From Octopus vulgaris (taxonomy: Eukaryota), in NCBI GenBank assembly GCA_951406725.2, contig OX597820.1:90024001-90088000 (forward strand): a stretch of DNA of 64,000 nt, given 5' to 3'. The position numbers and the translations under genes were made by a program. Under the pieces are notes generated by a model that was not told where the DNA came from, did no database searches, and was given only the letters and a program-made list of their open reading frames with translations. Position 1 is the stretch's first letter. The number at the start of each line of letters is the position of its first letter. Shown here piece by piece: positions 14,689-27,842 of the stretch.

Positions 14689-14690
<2 letters not shown>
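14230..14690 (-). mobile_element. RT C-terminal fragment of an R4/Dong-like LINE abutting an (ATC)n tract
   Basis: KSKLNGRNMIEAINTRAVSLVRYGAGVIAWT..HHPKRDTDRLYVPRKREGRGLI. Truncated at the (CAT)n tract 14689-14740. Confidence 0.88.
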
Positions 14691-14740
<50 letters not shown>

Positions 14741-16349
14741 GGAGAAGGAGTATGTTGCATGCTCAAGTGATGAGAGGCTGTTTCTTTCTAAAGCGAATAA
14801 TTTTTGTACACGCAGAGACATGTACAGAAAGCTAGTCTTTAGAGATATAACGCATAGACACAGATGAGATGCTGCAGCTCTAAAACTTAGGTTTTGATCT
14901 CCGGTAAACCATCGTAGAAATTGAAACTTAAACGAAATGTTACTTCATTTGACAACAACACCGTTGTTAATGTTAGACCTGATGCTCCATACAATATGAA
15001 TGCACAAAAAACACGCAAAAAACATGTACATATGTTTATATATACCATGCGTCATGGAAAATATATTTCTCTCGTGATTTATATGGTGTTTGAAAACCTT
15101 AATTGGAGAAACTAATACAATTATCACTAATTAATGTAAGGAATCGTTTACTGTCACACCAACTTGTACAAAAGGGCTAAATTATATTGTTAAATTGTCA
15201 CCCGGAAACGATTTCTAATATTTCATAATAACGCTAATGATATTAAGAATATTTTGCACATAGAAAACATTCTTTATATAGTTATTTTTAATTTGATAAA
15301 TATAATTATTGTGAAATTGAAACATTTATTACGTTAATTATCTATTTGAATTGCTTAAAAATTGAATTTGATATCTAGGTCTATTAATACTGAATATATG
15401 TTTGTTTCTTTTCATCAACGTTTACATGGGATAAATTTTCAAATATAGCGATATGACCATCTTGAACACATAATCCCAGAATGCATAGCTTGAACGTTGA
15501 AAATCTTTTGAGATTTGAGCTAATGTTTTACACTTTCTCAGTTATAAAAATTCAGTTTTCTTACACATAAAACATTTAACTTTCCTTGAACGTGAAACTG
15601 ATTTTTTTAGGTGTACAAAGATTAAATTAAAGTAAGTTTCATAAATATATATATATATTTGAATATCCAGGGCAAATGAAAGATAAAGCAAGTTCATCAG
15701 AATTTTCAAGCGGAGCGACAGAAACTAAAGATGACAATTCATTTCATAAATAACACAAGCAGATATGAATCTCTTCATAAGGCAATGGGAAGGCTCAAGT
15801 ACATACACACTTACATATTCACTTAATACAAACATATGCAAGTATTTTAGTACCTATATTCACACGGTGTATAAAACCTCATTCAGGCACCCCACCTCAT
15901 ATTATGCCTCTCTATATCTTATACATTATTGAATCTCCTCTCTGAATCCCAAGACGAAAACAAAATGATATTCAATAATATTTAAATATGGTTCGAGAGT
16001 GCATCTTTTGTTAGCATAAAATAATTTCTATTTCAATGTAATAGAAAAAATCAATACCGATATTTCTACCGCCTTACGACCCAACGATGATATTGGATTT
16101 TCTTTATAATGTTGCCCTCATGTCATGTTGCTTCTTACTTACCTCACTTTAACTTTCATTACTAAAAGTTATTGTTTTCATCAATCTGCACAAATTGCTG
16201 GATTCCTGCAGCTAACCGAAAGCATCTATTCTTTTGCCTCATATATATTGGTGATCTTTTATTTTATGTAGTAACTGAAGGAAGGCTAAAATATCTGTTT
16301 GATGTTCTAAGCCTGAAAAGTTGATCACTAAAGTTGAAAAGCAATAATC

Positions 16350-16429
16350 CATATATATCTTTATATATATATACATATATATATACATACATATATACAC
16401 ACATATATATATATATATACATACACATA

Positions 16430-16482
<53 letters not shown>

Positions 16483-16670
16483 GTTTATACGTATGTATGT
16501 ATATGTATATATGTATATATACGTGAATACATATATGTATACTTCTGTATTTACACATATATTTGTATGTATGTATGTGTATGTATCTGTATAGATATTT
16601 ATAAATATGAACGTGTGTGTATTTGTATATATAAATCTTATATCTATTAATCTATCTATCTATTTATCTG
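16350..16670. repeat. Compound (TA)/(TC)/(TATG) microsatellite
   Basis: Direct. Confidence 0.9.
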
Positions 16671-17099
16671 TGTGTCGATTTCTTTTTCTTTATTTTCCTT
16701 ATTCTTTTTCAATCTCTTCCTGTTCTTCTATTCTCTACGTTTTCGTTATTTCTTATCTACACCTCTTTCTTTCGCTGCTCTTTCTTGTCTTACCTTCATT
16801 CTTTTTCGCCTCTTTCTTCTTATCCCTCTTCCTTTCAGCCCGATATTTTGTTCCTTGCCTCGCTTACTACACTTACTTTTTTTATACTTTCTTCCCAACA
16901 TCACACACATGACTCAAAAGTTATAATAATATATAAATGTGCATAGCCCTTATATTTTCCAGTGACAACTTGCCTCGAGATCCAGTGTGCCTACAGTTGA
17001 AACTCGAATGGTAAAGATGATTCGGACACAATACAGCATAACAAATCTCTACCAGGGCAGTGAGTAAGTCTTATTAATACTTCAAATATATGTATATCA

Positions 17100-17573
17100 T
17101 TATCTTTTACTTGTTTCATTCATTAGAAAGCAGCCATGCTGGGGCACCGCCTTGGAGAATTGTAAGTCGAATGAATCGACCTCAGTAGTTTTTTTCTTAA
17201 GCCCGGTACTTATTCTATCGTTGTCTTTTGCCGAATCTCTAACACACGGAGACGTAAATACAACACCATCGGTTCTCAAGCGGTTGTAGGGGACAAACAC
17301 AGACATAAAGACACAGAAGTACTTACAGACACACACACGCATACCCCCGCACACACACACACGCACACACACATACATACATAGAAACATACATACATAC
17401 TTATATACATAAAATGGGCTTCTTTCCGTTTCCGTATATCAAACTCACTCAAGATTTTAGTGAATCGGCGGCTATAGTAGAAGGCACTTGCCCAAGGTGC
17501 CACGCAGAGTGACTGAACCTCAAATGATGTGGTTGAGAAGCAGACTTCTTACTACACTACCACGACTGCGTCT
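17100..17573 (-). mobile_element. tRNA-derived SINE, family A (near full length)
   Basis: Reverse complement aligns by eye to the + copy at 57829-58240: A/B-box-like head, caccttgggcaagtg, internal (TG)n, tail ggcggtgccccagcatggc...gaaacaagtaaaag. Confidence 0.85.
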
Positions 17574-17589
17574 ATGCTTCTTACCACGC

Positions 17590-19038
17590 AGCTACGTTTC
17601 CCTTGCAGTGACAACCATGACTTTGAGACTCAGTCTCAACTCATGCCTCACTATTTCATCTTTCGTGATATCCTCTCACCGCTACCGACACAACCCTTGC
17701 CAAAGCACGTTCCGTGGACCGTGCGTCTGCTCTCTCTCTCTCCACGCACCCGCCCTGCCGTTGACCGTGTCCCGTTTTCCCTCACTTGCCAGCCATTCAA
17801 CGCACTAGTCTCCGAGCCTTACGGTGACTCCAGTCCGACCTCCACCTCGCACATTTTTCGCAACCTACCTCCTGGTCCACAATTTCTTCCCTAGCCCCCA
17901 CCTAACAACCTGGCTCGTTTTCGTGCTTCCGCCCAGGCTGTCGCACTTGCCGCTACCTCTCGAATACAACTATCCTCACGGGCACCCATCATTCTCTTTA
18001 TTATATCACCGATTTACCTGCACTTCTAGCAACGTTATTTACCGCATCTCCTGCACTGTCTGCCCTTCTTTGTAGATCGATGAAACAGGACGCCACTCGG
18101 CTGGCCGATTCGCAGAGCACCTCCGTGACATCAGACACGGCAATGACACCTCGGTCTTGCGCCATTTTCGCTCTAGCGGTCATTCACTACAACACTTGTC
18201 TGCGTTCAGATTGTCTTTGCACAGGGGCTATCCGGAATTCCGCCTTCACCGTGAACTGGAATTAATCTTCTCACTTCGCTCCTTTGTGCCACATGAGCTT
18301 AATTTCCCTAATCTCTTCACTTGACTCCCCTCCTCTCCTCTCTTCTGACACCTACTTACTCTCTTCACACCTCCCCACCTTCTCTCTTCATTGATTCCCC
18401 CTCACTCACACCCACACCTACACTCCCACTCCATATCTCCACCCTAGCCTCACTTTCCAACACCACATCTCCACTCCTACCGCATCGTCACCCTATCCCA
18501 CCCTCAAAGTTCATCACACGCCACCACCACACCACCTCACCCACACCGCTCCACACACACTAGCACTGACAACTGCCTTGCACCCATACCACACACAATC
18601 GTCTGCGCACCCACATACCATCATCCGCACACCCACAGACCATCATCCACATACCCACACATTACAGACGGCCACAAAGTCACACACACTTACACGTGCA
18701 AACATCAATACGTCAAAGTTACTAGCGCTGTCCACACACACTCGCACGTTCTCACTTACACACACGCACGCGGACCTCCGTTTTGGGACCACCAATACTT
18801 TATTATCTCCCCTTTTTTCTACTTCTCCTGTCAAACTTCTTTTTTACCAACCATTCACCATGCTTGATCACGAACTCCCCAATTTCGTTTTCATTTTATC
18901 ACTGTTTACCTTAATTTCTGTTGAAGAGCGTAGGCTCGAAACGTTAAATTCTTTCTCACTTTCCCGATCATCAAATGAATAAATCTGCTTGTTGTTAATA
19001 CTCTTGTCATCGTCTTTTGTTTTTCTGTAAATTTCAAT
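17590..19038 (+). mobile_element. Penelope-like element 3' relic (GIY-YIG endonuclease, pyrimidine/CA-rich tail, mini-hammerhead)
   Basis: FTCTSSNVIYRISCTVCPSL*IDETGR..RFAEHLRDI..HF (typical PLE NVIY..C..C..YIGETGR..RF.EH) at about 18013-18190. Ends at (TA)n 19038-19060. Confidence 0.85.
18913..18950 (+). ncRNA. Minimal type I hammerhead-like motif (variant core CUGUUGA)
   Basis: aattt-CTGTTGA-a-gagc(gtag)gctc-GAAA-cg-TT-aaatt: stems I and II perfect, A6 replaced by U, stem III vestigial. Confidence 0.7.
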
Positions 19039-20414
19039 TATATATATATATATATATATAAGTGCATTGATATACGTATCCGATGTTGTTATACATCGCT
19101 TGTAACAATACACGTATTGTGACTTTCGAATGATGCTGCTCAGGTGGTTAAGTGGACAAGCCGTTATTCCCCTTGAAAGAACGCTAGTTTGTCTCAGATT
19201 TACCCGTTCACAGCTGAGTAGACTCAGAAAATGTCAAATGAAGATTTTTGATCATGAGAGCAACGGGCAAACAGTCAGAGAATCAAAACCACGATCTTCA
19301 GGTCGCCTCTGCATCTCCATAACCATTAAGCTACGTTCCTTCACATATATACATACATACAAACATACGTACATGTATACATACATACAGGATGCTCGGA
19401 CTCTGATGAATTTGTGTTCTTTTTTGCAGGAACAGCTTCATATATTGATCCGAAGTCAACAGCGTTGGAGAGTATAAACAGTAATGGTGGAGTTGAAGAG
19501 TAGTTTGGTGGCATAGAAAACTGGTCGCCATCGGAATCTTCGACAATTTACCTCTGTTGTGATGATATCAAAATGCCGACATCACGAATTCTGCTTACAT
19601 TGTTTTCCATGAGATTACAACCGGGAGAATTGGTAGGCCAGAAATCGGGGCCGGTGAAGTCGTGGAAATTCAACGACAAACACGTCTGACATATTTCCGA
19701 GATATAGCCCGGAACCTAATCCTGCTGCCACACATAGTCTTCCAGCATCTACTCTCTTCAGCCAGTGGTGTACCACAGCCTACAGCTACTTTATATAGCC
19801 TTCTGAATTGATCCTAAGACTCTTTCAAAGATTTAGGGTGGCATGGCACCACCCTCACTAGAGACACACTCATAGACCATCACAGTTTGGGGAAGCTTGA
19901 TTTCCATGAAGTCCATGTCACGTCTTACATCCTTTACAGTGTGCACAGCCTTTTCACTGCGAATTCTGGCTGTCAAGGTGTTCGTAAAAGAGCATTCTTT
20001 TTAACAGTTGGCAACCTAATGGTAGGCGCTAGATTGATCTATTATCACTATTTATATTGCCCTTACAGTTGCCTTTCATAAAGATTATTCTTGTCCCTCT
20101 AGTCATCTAATAAGGTATCCCTACTCCATTGAGGCTAGCTTGTTCCCATAGTCTCCCATGTAAGCTACAAAAATTTCATTAACCAATAGCCTTGAATTAA
20201 ACCTGGTCCTAGGCTCTTCCAATTCGGCATTCCCGCAAACACATTTACTCATTAATGCACTAGTTAGTTTTAAATCTGGCTGCTTCTCACTAATTACTTC
20301 TTCCCTCACTTTCTTTACGATTGCATCTCCTTAAATATTGACTGGCTAATCCCAAATATTTCTCTAGAACTTTCTAGCTTTTTCTGTATTAGGTTTCTCA
20401 TCTTCAGTACTATT

Positions 20415-20545
<131 letters not shown>

Positions 20546-20639
20546 TACCATAGACTAAAGGAAATTGTACAACGGAAAATATTTCAACAATATTTTACAT
20601 CATGCTACATTTTTAATCCAATCTATATCTTATAATAGT

Positions 20640-21600
20640 AAAGTTGTTAGACATCAAGTAATTCTTCAAAAGCGTCTAACATGGAAATATTGTATCAACT
20701 CTTTTCACCTACGGCTGCATTCACTTCTTATCTCCCGGATCGATAGCTTCATATCAGATCGAATCAATGCAGCACAAGTTGGGTAAACTTTTTCTGCTTC
20801 AATCTCAATCATTTCTTGTGTTTTCCAGGATTTAGCATTCTGTACACCATTAACTTCCTCCTCTACATGGATAAACTATTTGCCGTCACAAGCATCAATG
20901 CACCTCCTTATGTAGATGACACAACCCTTCGTTGCTCCCTAACTTCTCTAACCATTCATCATTCAGACACAACTGATACACTCTTCACTAAACTTACAAT
21001 AATTCCATAGACTGTGCCCTTGAGCGCATCCTCCAGTAGATTCTTCCTTCCTTATATGTTAGTAATAATAGCAAACAAGCGTTACTTAAAACGCACTACA
21101 CTTCTCTCAAACTAAATTCCCGTAGTCGAGCCAAATATTAGGTCTCATTATCAGAAATGCCTTTCTTGGAAACATGCACGCTTACCATATCTAGGAATGT
21201 ATTACAAGGTCTGCCTATTCACTACAATTCCAAACGATATTTCAGCTCCCAACAGCTGCTGATACTCGACAAGTATCAAGTGAACCCACAATACAGTAAT
21301 GTTCCATCATCTGGATTAGTGCTACAGCGAACGTTATCGTTTCCAGAAAAGTGTCAACCGTTTTATAGGCACTATATCATTAATGGGTACAATCAGCCTT
21401 GTATTCCATCTCTGTCAATTCTATCTCTACGATTGCGGCACTAGCGCTTCCAAACTGACTGGTGGTGAACCTCCACCAGTCAAGCACTTTGATAAACTTG
21501 TTTATTTACCTCATTGCAACCTTACTATGCACGGTTTCCCTTATCCTACACTAACCACTATACCAGATTCTGCATGACTAGAACAATGTCCCTCTAGAAT
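20640..21600 (+). mobile_element. Decayed CR1/L2/Jockey-type LINE RT relic
   Basis: LISRIDSFISDR; SILYTINFLLYMDKL..YVDDTTL (cf. QGSxLxPxLFLLYINDL..YADDTTL); LLILDKYQVNP (cf. LYKAQVRP). Confidence 0.7.
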
Positions 21601-21759
21601 CTCCGTGTTGCTTATCCCTAATTGCAGATATTATACTGTACGTAAATGGCACCAACCTCACCTGTCACAGAGGGCGGTTAAGAGTCGCAGGTTCTAAATT
21701 TTCCTCTGAGACTCAGCAACAAAATCACGTCACATGGGATTTAACAGTATCTGTTAACG

Positions 21760-21986
21760 TTTACTTGTTTCAGGCATTAGCCTGAGGTCATGGTGGGGCG
21801 TCGCGTTGAAGTGTTTTTGGTTAAAGAAATCTACCGCGGTACTTATTTTTTTTTTGTAAAAGCACCAGCACCGGTTGTCAAGCGATGGACACACACACAC
21901 ACATTAGAACAAAAATCTAAGTTTTTGTAATAATTACTGCTCTATTCTTTGGGGTGTGCTTCTCTTCTGATATATGTTTTATTGAC

Positions 21987-22019
<33 letters not shown>

Positions 22020-22137
22020 CTGTGTGTGTCTGTGTGTGTGCGTGTGTTTGTGTAGTCAAAAGTGTCGCGCAGAGGGACAGAAACCCGAGCCGTGTGGTTG
22101 GGAAGGAAGTTTTTTCCTACGCTGCCACGCCTGCACC
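21760..22137 (-). mobile_element. SINE family A fragments (tail 21760-21890, head 22060-22137)
   Basis: Similar to the 17100-17573 and 57829-58240 copies. Confidence 0.7.
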
Positions 22138-22164
22138 TATTATCCTTTCTACGATACGCACAAG

Positions 22165-22348
22165 GCCTGAGCATTGGGGAAATTGTCGATTTCATTGACC
22201 TCAGTAACCAACTGGTACTTATTTTATCGAATCCGAAAGTATGAAAGGTAAAGTCCAATTCAGCAGAATTTGAACTCAGCATGTGATGACACGGAAAGCT
22301 GCTAAGCACTCAGTCCGGCGTACTAACGACTCTGCCAACTCGCCGCTA
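22165..22348 (-). mobile_element. tRNA-derived SINE, family B
   Basis: Reverse complement matches 44905-45121 (gcggcgagttggcaga..gagttcaaattc..ctttcat..tcgataaaataagtaccag). Confidence 0.8.
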
Positions 22349-23247
22349 TATACCTGTGCCTAATATAGTAACAATTCCATCTCATTTAATAGCTGTAGTA
22401 GATTTACTTGATTTTCCTCTTCCCTAAATATCATTGATTTGGGTCGAAGTTAAAATGTTGTTTAAAGATAACGGTAATAATTATACTTGCTAATAGTCAC
22501 CTTAGTTTTTGAATATTTTATATAATATCATAAAAATATTAAAAATAAAGATACTGAAAGATATGTTTAAATGTTTCATTCGATACATCGCATGTTACTA
22601 TCAGTAGCTATTCGTTTTAAGTTTCGTATAAAAGAATTGAAATACAGATCCATTATTGGAAGTCAATGAGTTTGAAAGATATTTATGGAAATGTAGCGAT
22701 TATACAAACATTAATAAGGAGTAACTTGTTTTAATTTTTTCGTCTGTCCCCTCTTTCTCTTTTTCTGTCTCTCGCTGCTCACACGTGAACATCGTCCACC
22801 TTTTTTTCCCTCACTTAACCATCTTCCATTTCTTGCACGAACGTTCAAAGTACTGGATGTTTTTTCTCTCTCTTCTATCTTTCCCCTTTTTAAAGAAAAT
22901 ATTTCTCCCAGCGTTCATTATGTTCCGCCCGTTCAGGTCAAATGACCCTGCATGTTTCTTTTCGTTCGGTTTCCTTGGATGTTTCTACTGTCTTGTTTTT
23001 GTTCCCAACTTTGATGGTCTATAAATCCTAAATTTTATTTTAGAATTTATGGGAGCAATTGTCTTTGAAGACTTATATTCTCGTTGAATGCTGGAAACGA
23101 GGAGTAGATAGAGAGGAGACAACCGATGAAGGGTTGTTTCTATATGTTTAATTGTCCCCTGTTTTCCATTTTTCTCTCGTTCTTGTCGTATTTAACTGGT
23201 TTGTCTACGTATTTCATGTTGTATACACAGTTGGTGACGTCCTGTAG

Positions 23248-23250
<3 letters not shown>

Positions 23251-23335
<85 letters not shown>

Positions 23336-23340
23336 ATATA
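23251..23340. repeat. (TA)n microsatellite
   Basis: Direct. Confidence 0.95.
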
Positions 23341-23921
23341 AGATAGTGGTACAACAATGCACCAGTATTTACTGCAAATGGCAGTCGATAATATGCGACG
23401 CTACAGTAAAGCTCCACTGTATATATATACTGGTAAAATGTTAGCGTGAGGCAAGCATAGAAAATTTCATCTTAAGGGTAGGAAGAACGTTAAATAAATA
23501 AATGTACAATCCAGATGTGGATAATCTAGGACCGAGGCTTCCAACTTTCCAAATTACGTTTGTCAATGTAAATTTGATTAGTTCTCATCGGCTAGATTTA
23601 CCTGGATAAAATCTCAACTGTCACTACATCATTACCAGTATGCACACACAAAAACACACACACAGAGTGAAGCTTTTCTATAACATCGTATATTATTGAC
23701 TGCTATTTCCACTAAATATTAGTTCATTGTTGTACCACTAACTTATTTATACTTTAACCTGATGGTACTTTTACTGGGAAGCAATACTACTTTATTGCAC
23801 TATTATATATATATATATATATATAATTTATTATTATTATTATTATTATTACTATTATTATTATTATTGTTGTTGTTGTTGTTGTTATTTTTATTTTTAT
23901 TATTATTGTTATTATTATCAT

Positions 23922-23958
<37 letters not shown>

Positions 23959-23960
<2 letters not shown>

Positions 23961-24371
23961 AGTAATTGAATGAATTATCTTATTAAGGATAATTCCAAAG
24001 ATAACCGATACCTGGGTAGCAAATTCACATCAGAAAGAACACGGTTGACGCTACGTCCCTAGGGCATAGACTACGTGTCTTCGTGCGGAAATTTGTATGT
24101 TTATTTTAAAATTATAAGTATATGAAAGAATGGAGTTGAACGACTAGTTAACAAATATGCTTTATTCTCGACATATGTTTCGAAGGCTGAATATTCCTAA
24201 TTCCGAAGGAATAAGGAGTACATTATGCAGATTTCTCATCAGGAAAATCAAGGAACTTATGTCGACATCAAAATACACAAATAACGTTTAGCTGACCGCT
24301 CTCAAGGAGCCCATGGCGATAATGAGTATCTCTTTATAATCTCTTTAAATATCACGTTGTTATATGTTCAT
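23959..24371 (-). mobile_element. Solo Penelope-type terminal-repeat element with hammerhead, flanked by (TA)n on both sides
   Basis: Shares tcctgatgagaa, ttattcctt.ggaat and tcgttcaactccatt with the 3' tail (33140-33260) of the GIY-YIG element at 32455-33400. No ORF. Confidence 0.7.
24164..24248 (-). ncRNA. Type I hammerhead ribozyme, intact core
   Basis: Minus strand: attttc-CTGATGA-gaa..(long hairpin including attcc-ttc-ggaat)..ttc-GAAA-c-atat-g-TC-gagaat. Stem I 6 bp, G10.1-C11.1, palindromic loop III, GUC cleavage triplet. Confidence 0.88.
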
Positions 24372-24542
24372 AATATATATATATATATATATATATTATA
24401 TTAAATTAGAGATAAACCCACTATTAGGCAAATCAAACAGTGAAAAACATAAGCCAATACATAAAATTAATTTAAAAATATAAAAGTTAAAAATTAAAAA
24501 TTATTAAAATAATTTAAACTTATAAATTTTAAATATATATAT

Positions 24543-24601
<59 letters not shown>

Positions 24602-24698
24602 GTATATTTTTATATTTATATATTATTTTATTTATTAATTAATTTTTTTTTATATAAATATCAAAAGTATTAAAAGTTTAATAAAAGATAAAGAGTAA

Positions 24699-24795
24699 AA
24701 CACTACGATCGTTTCATGGCTGTACCAATTCGAATAACAATAATTTAAATTCAATTAATAATTCCGAGTTATGGTTACAATCAATCTTCAGGTTA
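24699..24795 (-). ncRNA. Hammerhead-like motif (left arm)
   Basis: CTGAAGA..long stem II..GAAA-c-gatc-g-TA. Stem I is weak and stem II opens with a U-U pair. Confidence 0.6.
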
Positions 24796-25030
24796 ATTGA
24801 AATATTTTAAAAATAATCAGAAATATTCAAACAATATTTTTCAGATATAAATAATAACCTTAAAAATTAAAATTAATATTTAAAATTATAATCGATTTTG
24901 ATATAGTCATAATTATTAAGTTTTAAGTTTCTGATTTGATAATAGAGTTTATTATAAGTAAAATTATTATATGATTTATATCTTAAAAATATTATTTAAA
25001 TATTTCTGATCATTTTAAAAATATTTCAAT

Positions 25031-25125
25031 TAACCTGAAGATTGACTGTAACCATAACTCGAATTATTAATTGAATTTAAATTATTGTTATTCGAATTGG
25101 TACAGCCATGAAACGATCATAGCGT
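25031..25125 (+). ncRNA. Hammerhead-like motif (right arm, stem III mutated)
   Basis: CTGAAGA(25035)-t-tgactgta..tacagcca-t-GAAA(25110)-c-gatc-a-TA. Confidence 0.5.
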
Positions 25126-25471
25126 TTTACTCTTTATCTCTTATTAAACGTTTAATACTTTTGATATTTATATTAAAAAAAAATAATTAATAAACAAAAT
25201 AATATTAATATACAAATATACATACATATATATATATATATTTGTATATATATATATTTAAAATTTATAAGTTTAAATTATTTTAATATTTTTTTAATTT
25301 TTAACTTTTATATTTTTAATTAATTTTATGTATTGGCTTATGTTTTTCACTGATTTGCCTAATAGTGGTTTTATCTCTAATTTAATATAATAAATATAAG
25401 ATATTTATACTATAAAATTGGATTTAATCCTAAATCTAAGTTTTCCCTGAACATTTGGATTTATTCCCTAA

Positions 25472-25534
<63 letters not shown>

Positions 25535-25543
25535 AATTATTAT

Positions 25544-25622
<79 letters not shown>

Positions 25623-25630
25623 TATATATA
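25472..25630. repeat. (ATT)n + (TA)n microsatellite
   Basis: Direct. Confidence 0.95.
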
Positions 25631-27802
25631 AATAAATTTATTTATGTATATATGAATACACAAGTACTATGTACGTATATGAAGTGTAATAGCCAAGTGA
25701 CGTACTTCTTTGTTAGGTGAGCTAAAGCAGTCTGATTCACTGTCAATCTAACTTAGTTCGTGTGTATATGAATCCAGCTTGTACCACTTGAGCTTTGTCA
25801 TCGGTGTGACCTTTTGAGGTTCAAGTGAAACAACGTATTCAATCATACTGAAAATATAACAAGAGAATAACAATTCAGTCTATCTTGGATTATTCCGCCC
25901 CAGAGCAAAATTCCGTAAGACGACAAATGCAATGAAGTTATCCATCAGTAAGCATTCACATCACTGAGAAAGTATTGTGGAAACTTTGAAATTTCATAAT
26001 AATAATGTTTTTTTCCTGGGTGATGTATGATCTCATTACTGATTTGTTTAGGCTGAATTATACAGAAGCATATTTACGTTAGAGAGTGACCCTCTTAAAT
26101 TTTATTTTACCGTTCCCTACTGAAATATAAGAGAGGGCTGTACTCAAATTGATTTAAAGCGTTAAAACGGGGAGTGATTTGAACTCACAAAGGAACATAA
26201 CTAAGAATTATATTTTGTGTATTGAATAATATTTTTGGTACAATTAAATTTATCGATACAGTATGCAAAAACCCCCCAAATTTTCCCTGTGGTAAGAGAA
26301 AAGAATATGCAAAATCCTAGAGTCAGTATTTAGCGGTTATTGAGAAAAAGAGAACTAATCAAAATTTTTTTCTTTTGCAAGATTTCTGATGTGAAATCGT
26401 GCGCTGAAACAGAAATTGTTATATTTTGGGACTGTGACCTTTAGGCAAATAAACACTCGCACTATATACTTGTACATCATTTCAGCTCTATCATTATTCT
26501 TATTTTAGTGTCCCGTCTCTGAAATCTTTCATCACACATCCTTTGGCTTATTCAGTGGCTCTCCATCCTATGTGTCTGCCCTTGTCCTGTTTAGTCCGTT
26601 CTCTCGCCCATATAGGATATGTGCGGAAAGATTTCAAAGACACTTAAATAAGAATAATAATAGAACTGAATTGATGAACGAATATATAGTTCCTGTATTT
26701 ATTGGTAAAAAATTAATAATAATTAACCACTCAATATTAATTTATGTCTTGGAAAAATTTTTGGATTTCTATTTCTGCACAAGGGAGAATTAAGGACATG
26801 TTTTGGCTTATAAGTCCGTATCAATATATCTTAGTTTGAGGAAGCCTGGTGACATGTTGACATATTTGTAAAAATAGAAAGCATATTACAAACGATTATT
26901 AGTGAATTATTAAAAAATTATTTATTAGGTGAGCTCAGGGAAATATCTCAAGAAGGTTACTGGTATCAATTTCGATAATTAAGATTAAAATTTGATTTAA
27001 TGAATGCTGGACACAACAAAGTTCTAAGAAACTTGACTCTTAGTTGGAAAACGAAAATAAAAGATTAGCAGAAATTTGTAGTGCTTCTTAGATAAAAGCG
27101 GAGTTAATTGCCCTATTTAGGTTATTTTCCGCTGCTCGTTTTATACAGGTGTTATTTTTTTGTTACTTATCGACCATTTTGCCGCTTTAGCCATTCAACC
27201 ACCTTCCTTCAATGAGAAGTTATTGACATTATTTTAAATAGCTTCAAATTTTTTGAATGATATTTATCTTCGAATATCTGAATTGTATAGTTTGTATTCT
27301 ATTAGTAAATTCCGACGAAAATTACTTTAATTCTTTAAGTATAAAATTTTCGTATGAAATAACTCAATTAAAACTCTACTCAAATCTGTCGTGCTCTAAT
27401 ATAAGCATGATAAATATAAATTTAACGCAATTATATATATTTACAATTGATATCATAAATATATGGTTTCGCTACGAAATTCAAATAGAACATATGTAAT
27501 ATGTAATACATTTAAATTCAAAATTTGAAGACGTTGTAACCAGTTTTATGAAACTAAAAGAAATAAAACATTTCAAATATTAATTCATGAATGGGCTAAA
27601 TACAATAGTGACCGAAATTTGACAATTCTTCTCGATTATTAAATTCAGTAATACGAACTAAGAGAATTCATCTAAGTGTAATGAAAATCTAACTGTACGT
27701 GTCACTTAATGATTATAAATACATACATAAAACACACACAGGTATATACAAGTATATTCATACATACATATACCTATATGTGTAAGTATGTGTCTGTGTG
27801 TC

Positions 27803-27842
<40 letters not shown>

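Larger units (their letters stand above)
24395..25391. repeat. About 1-kb AT-rich imperfect palindrome (two inverted arms of about 420-460 bp), each arm with an HHR-like motif
   Basis: 24395-24855 is the reverse complement of about 24968-25391 (e.g. ccactattaggcaaatca/tgatttgcctaatagtgg; cgtttcatggctgtaccaattcgaataac/gttattcgaattggtacagccatgaaacg). Confidence 0.93.

Noticed and set aside
12349-14835. Long + strand ORFs (170, 179 and 189 aa)
   Set aside because: Antisense shadows of minus-strand LINE relics and (ATC)n tracts.
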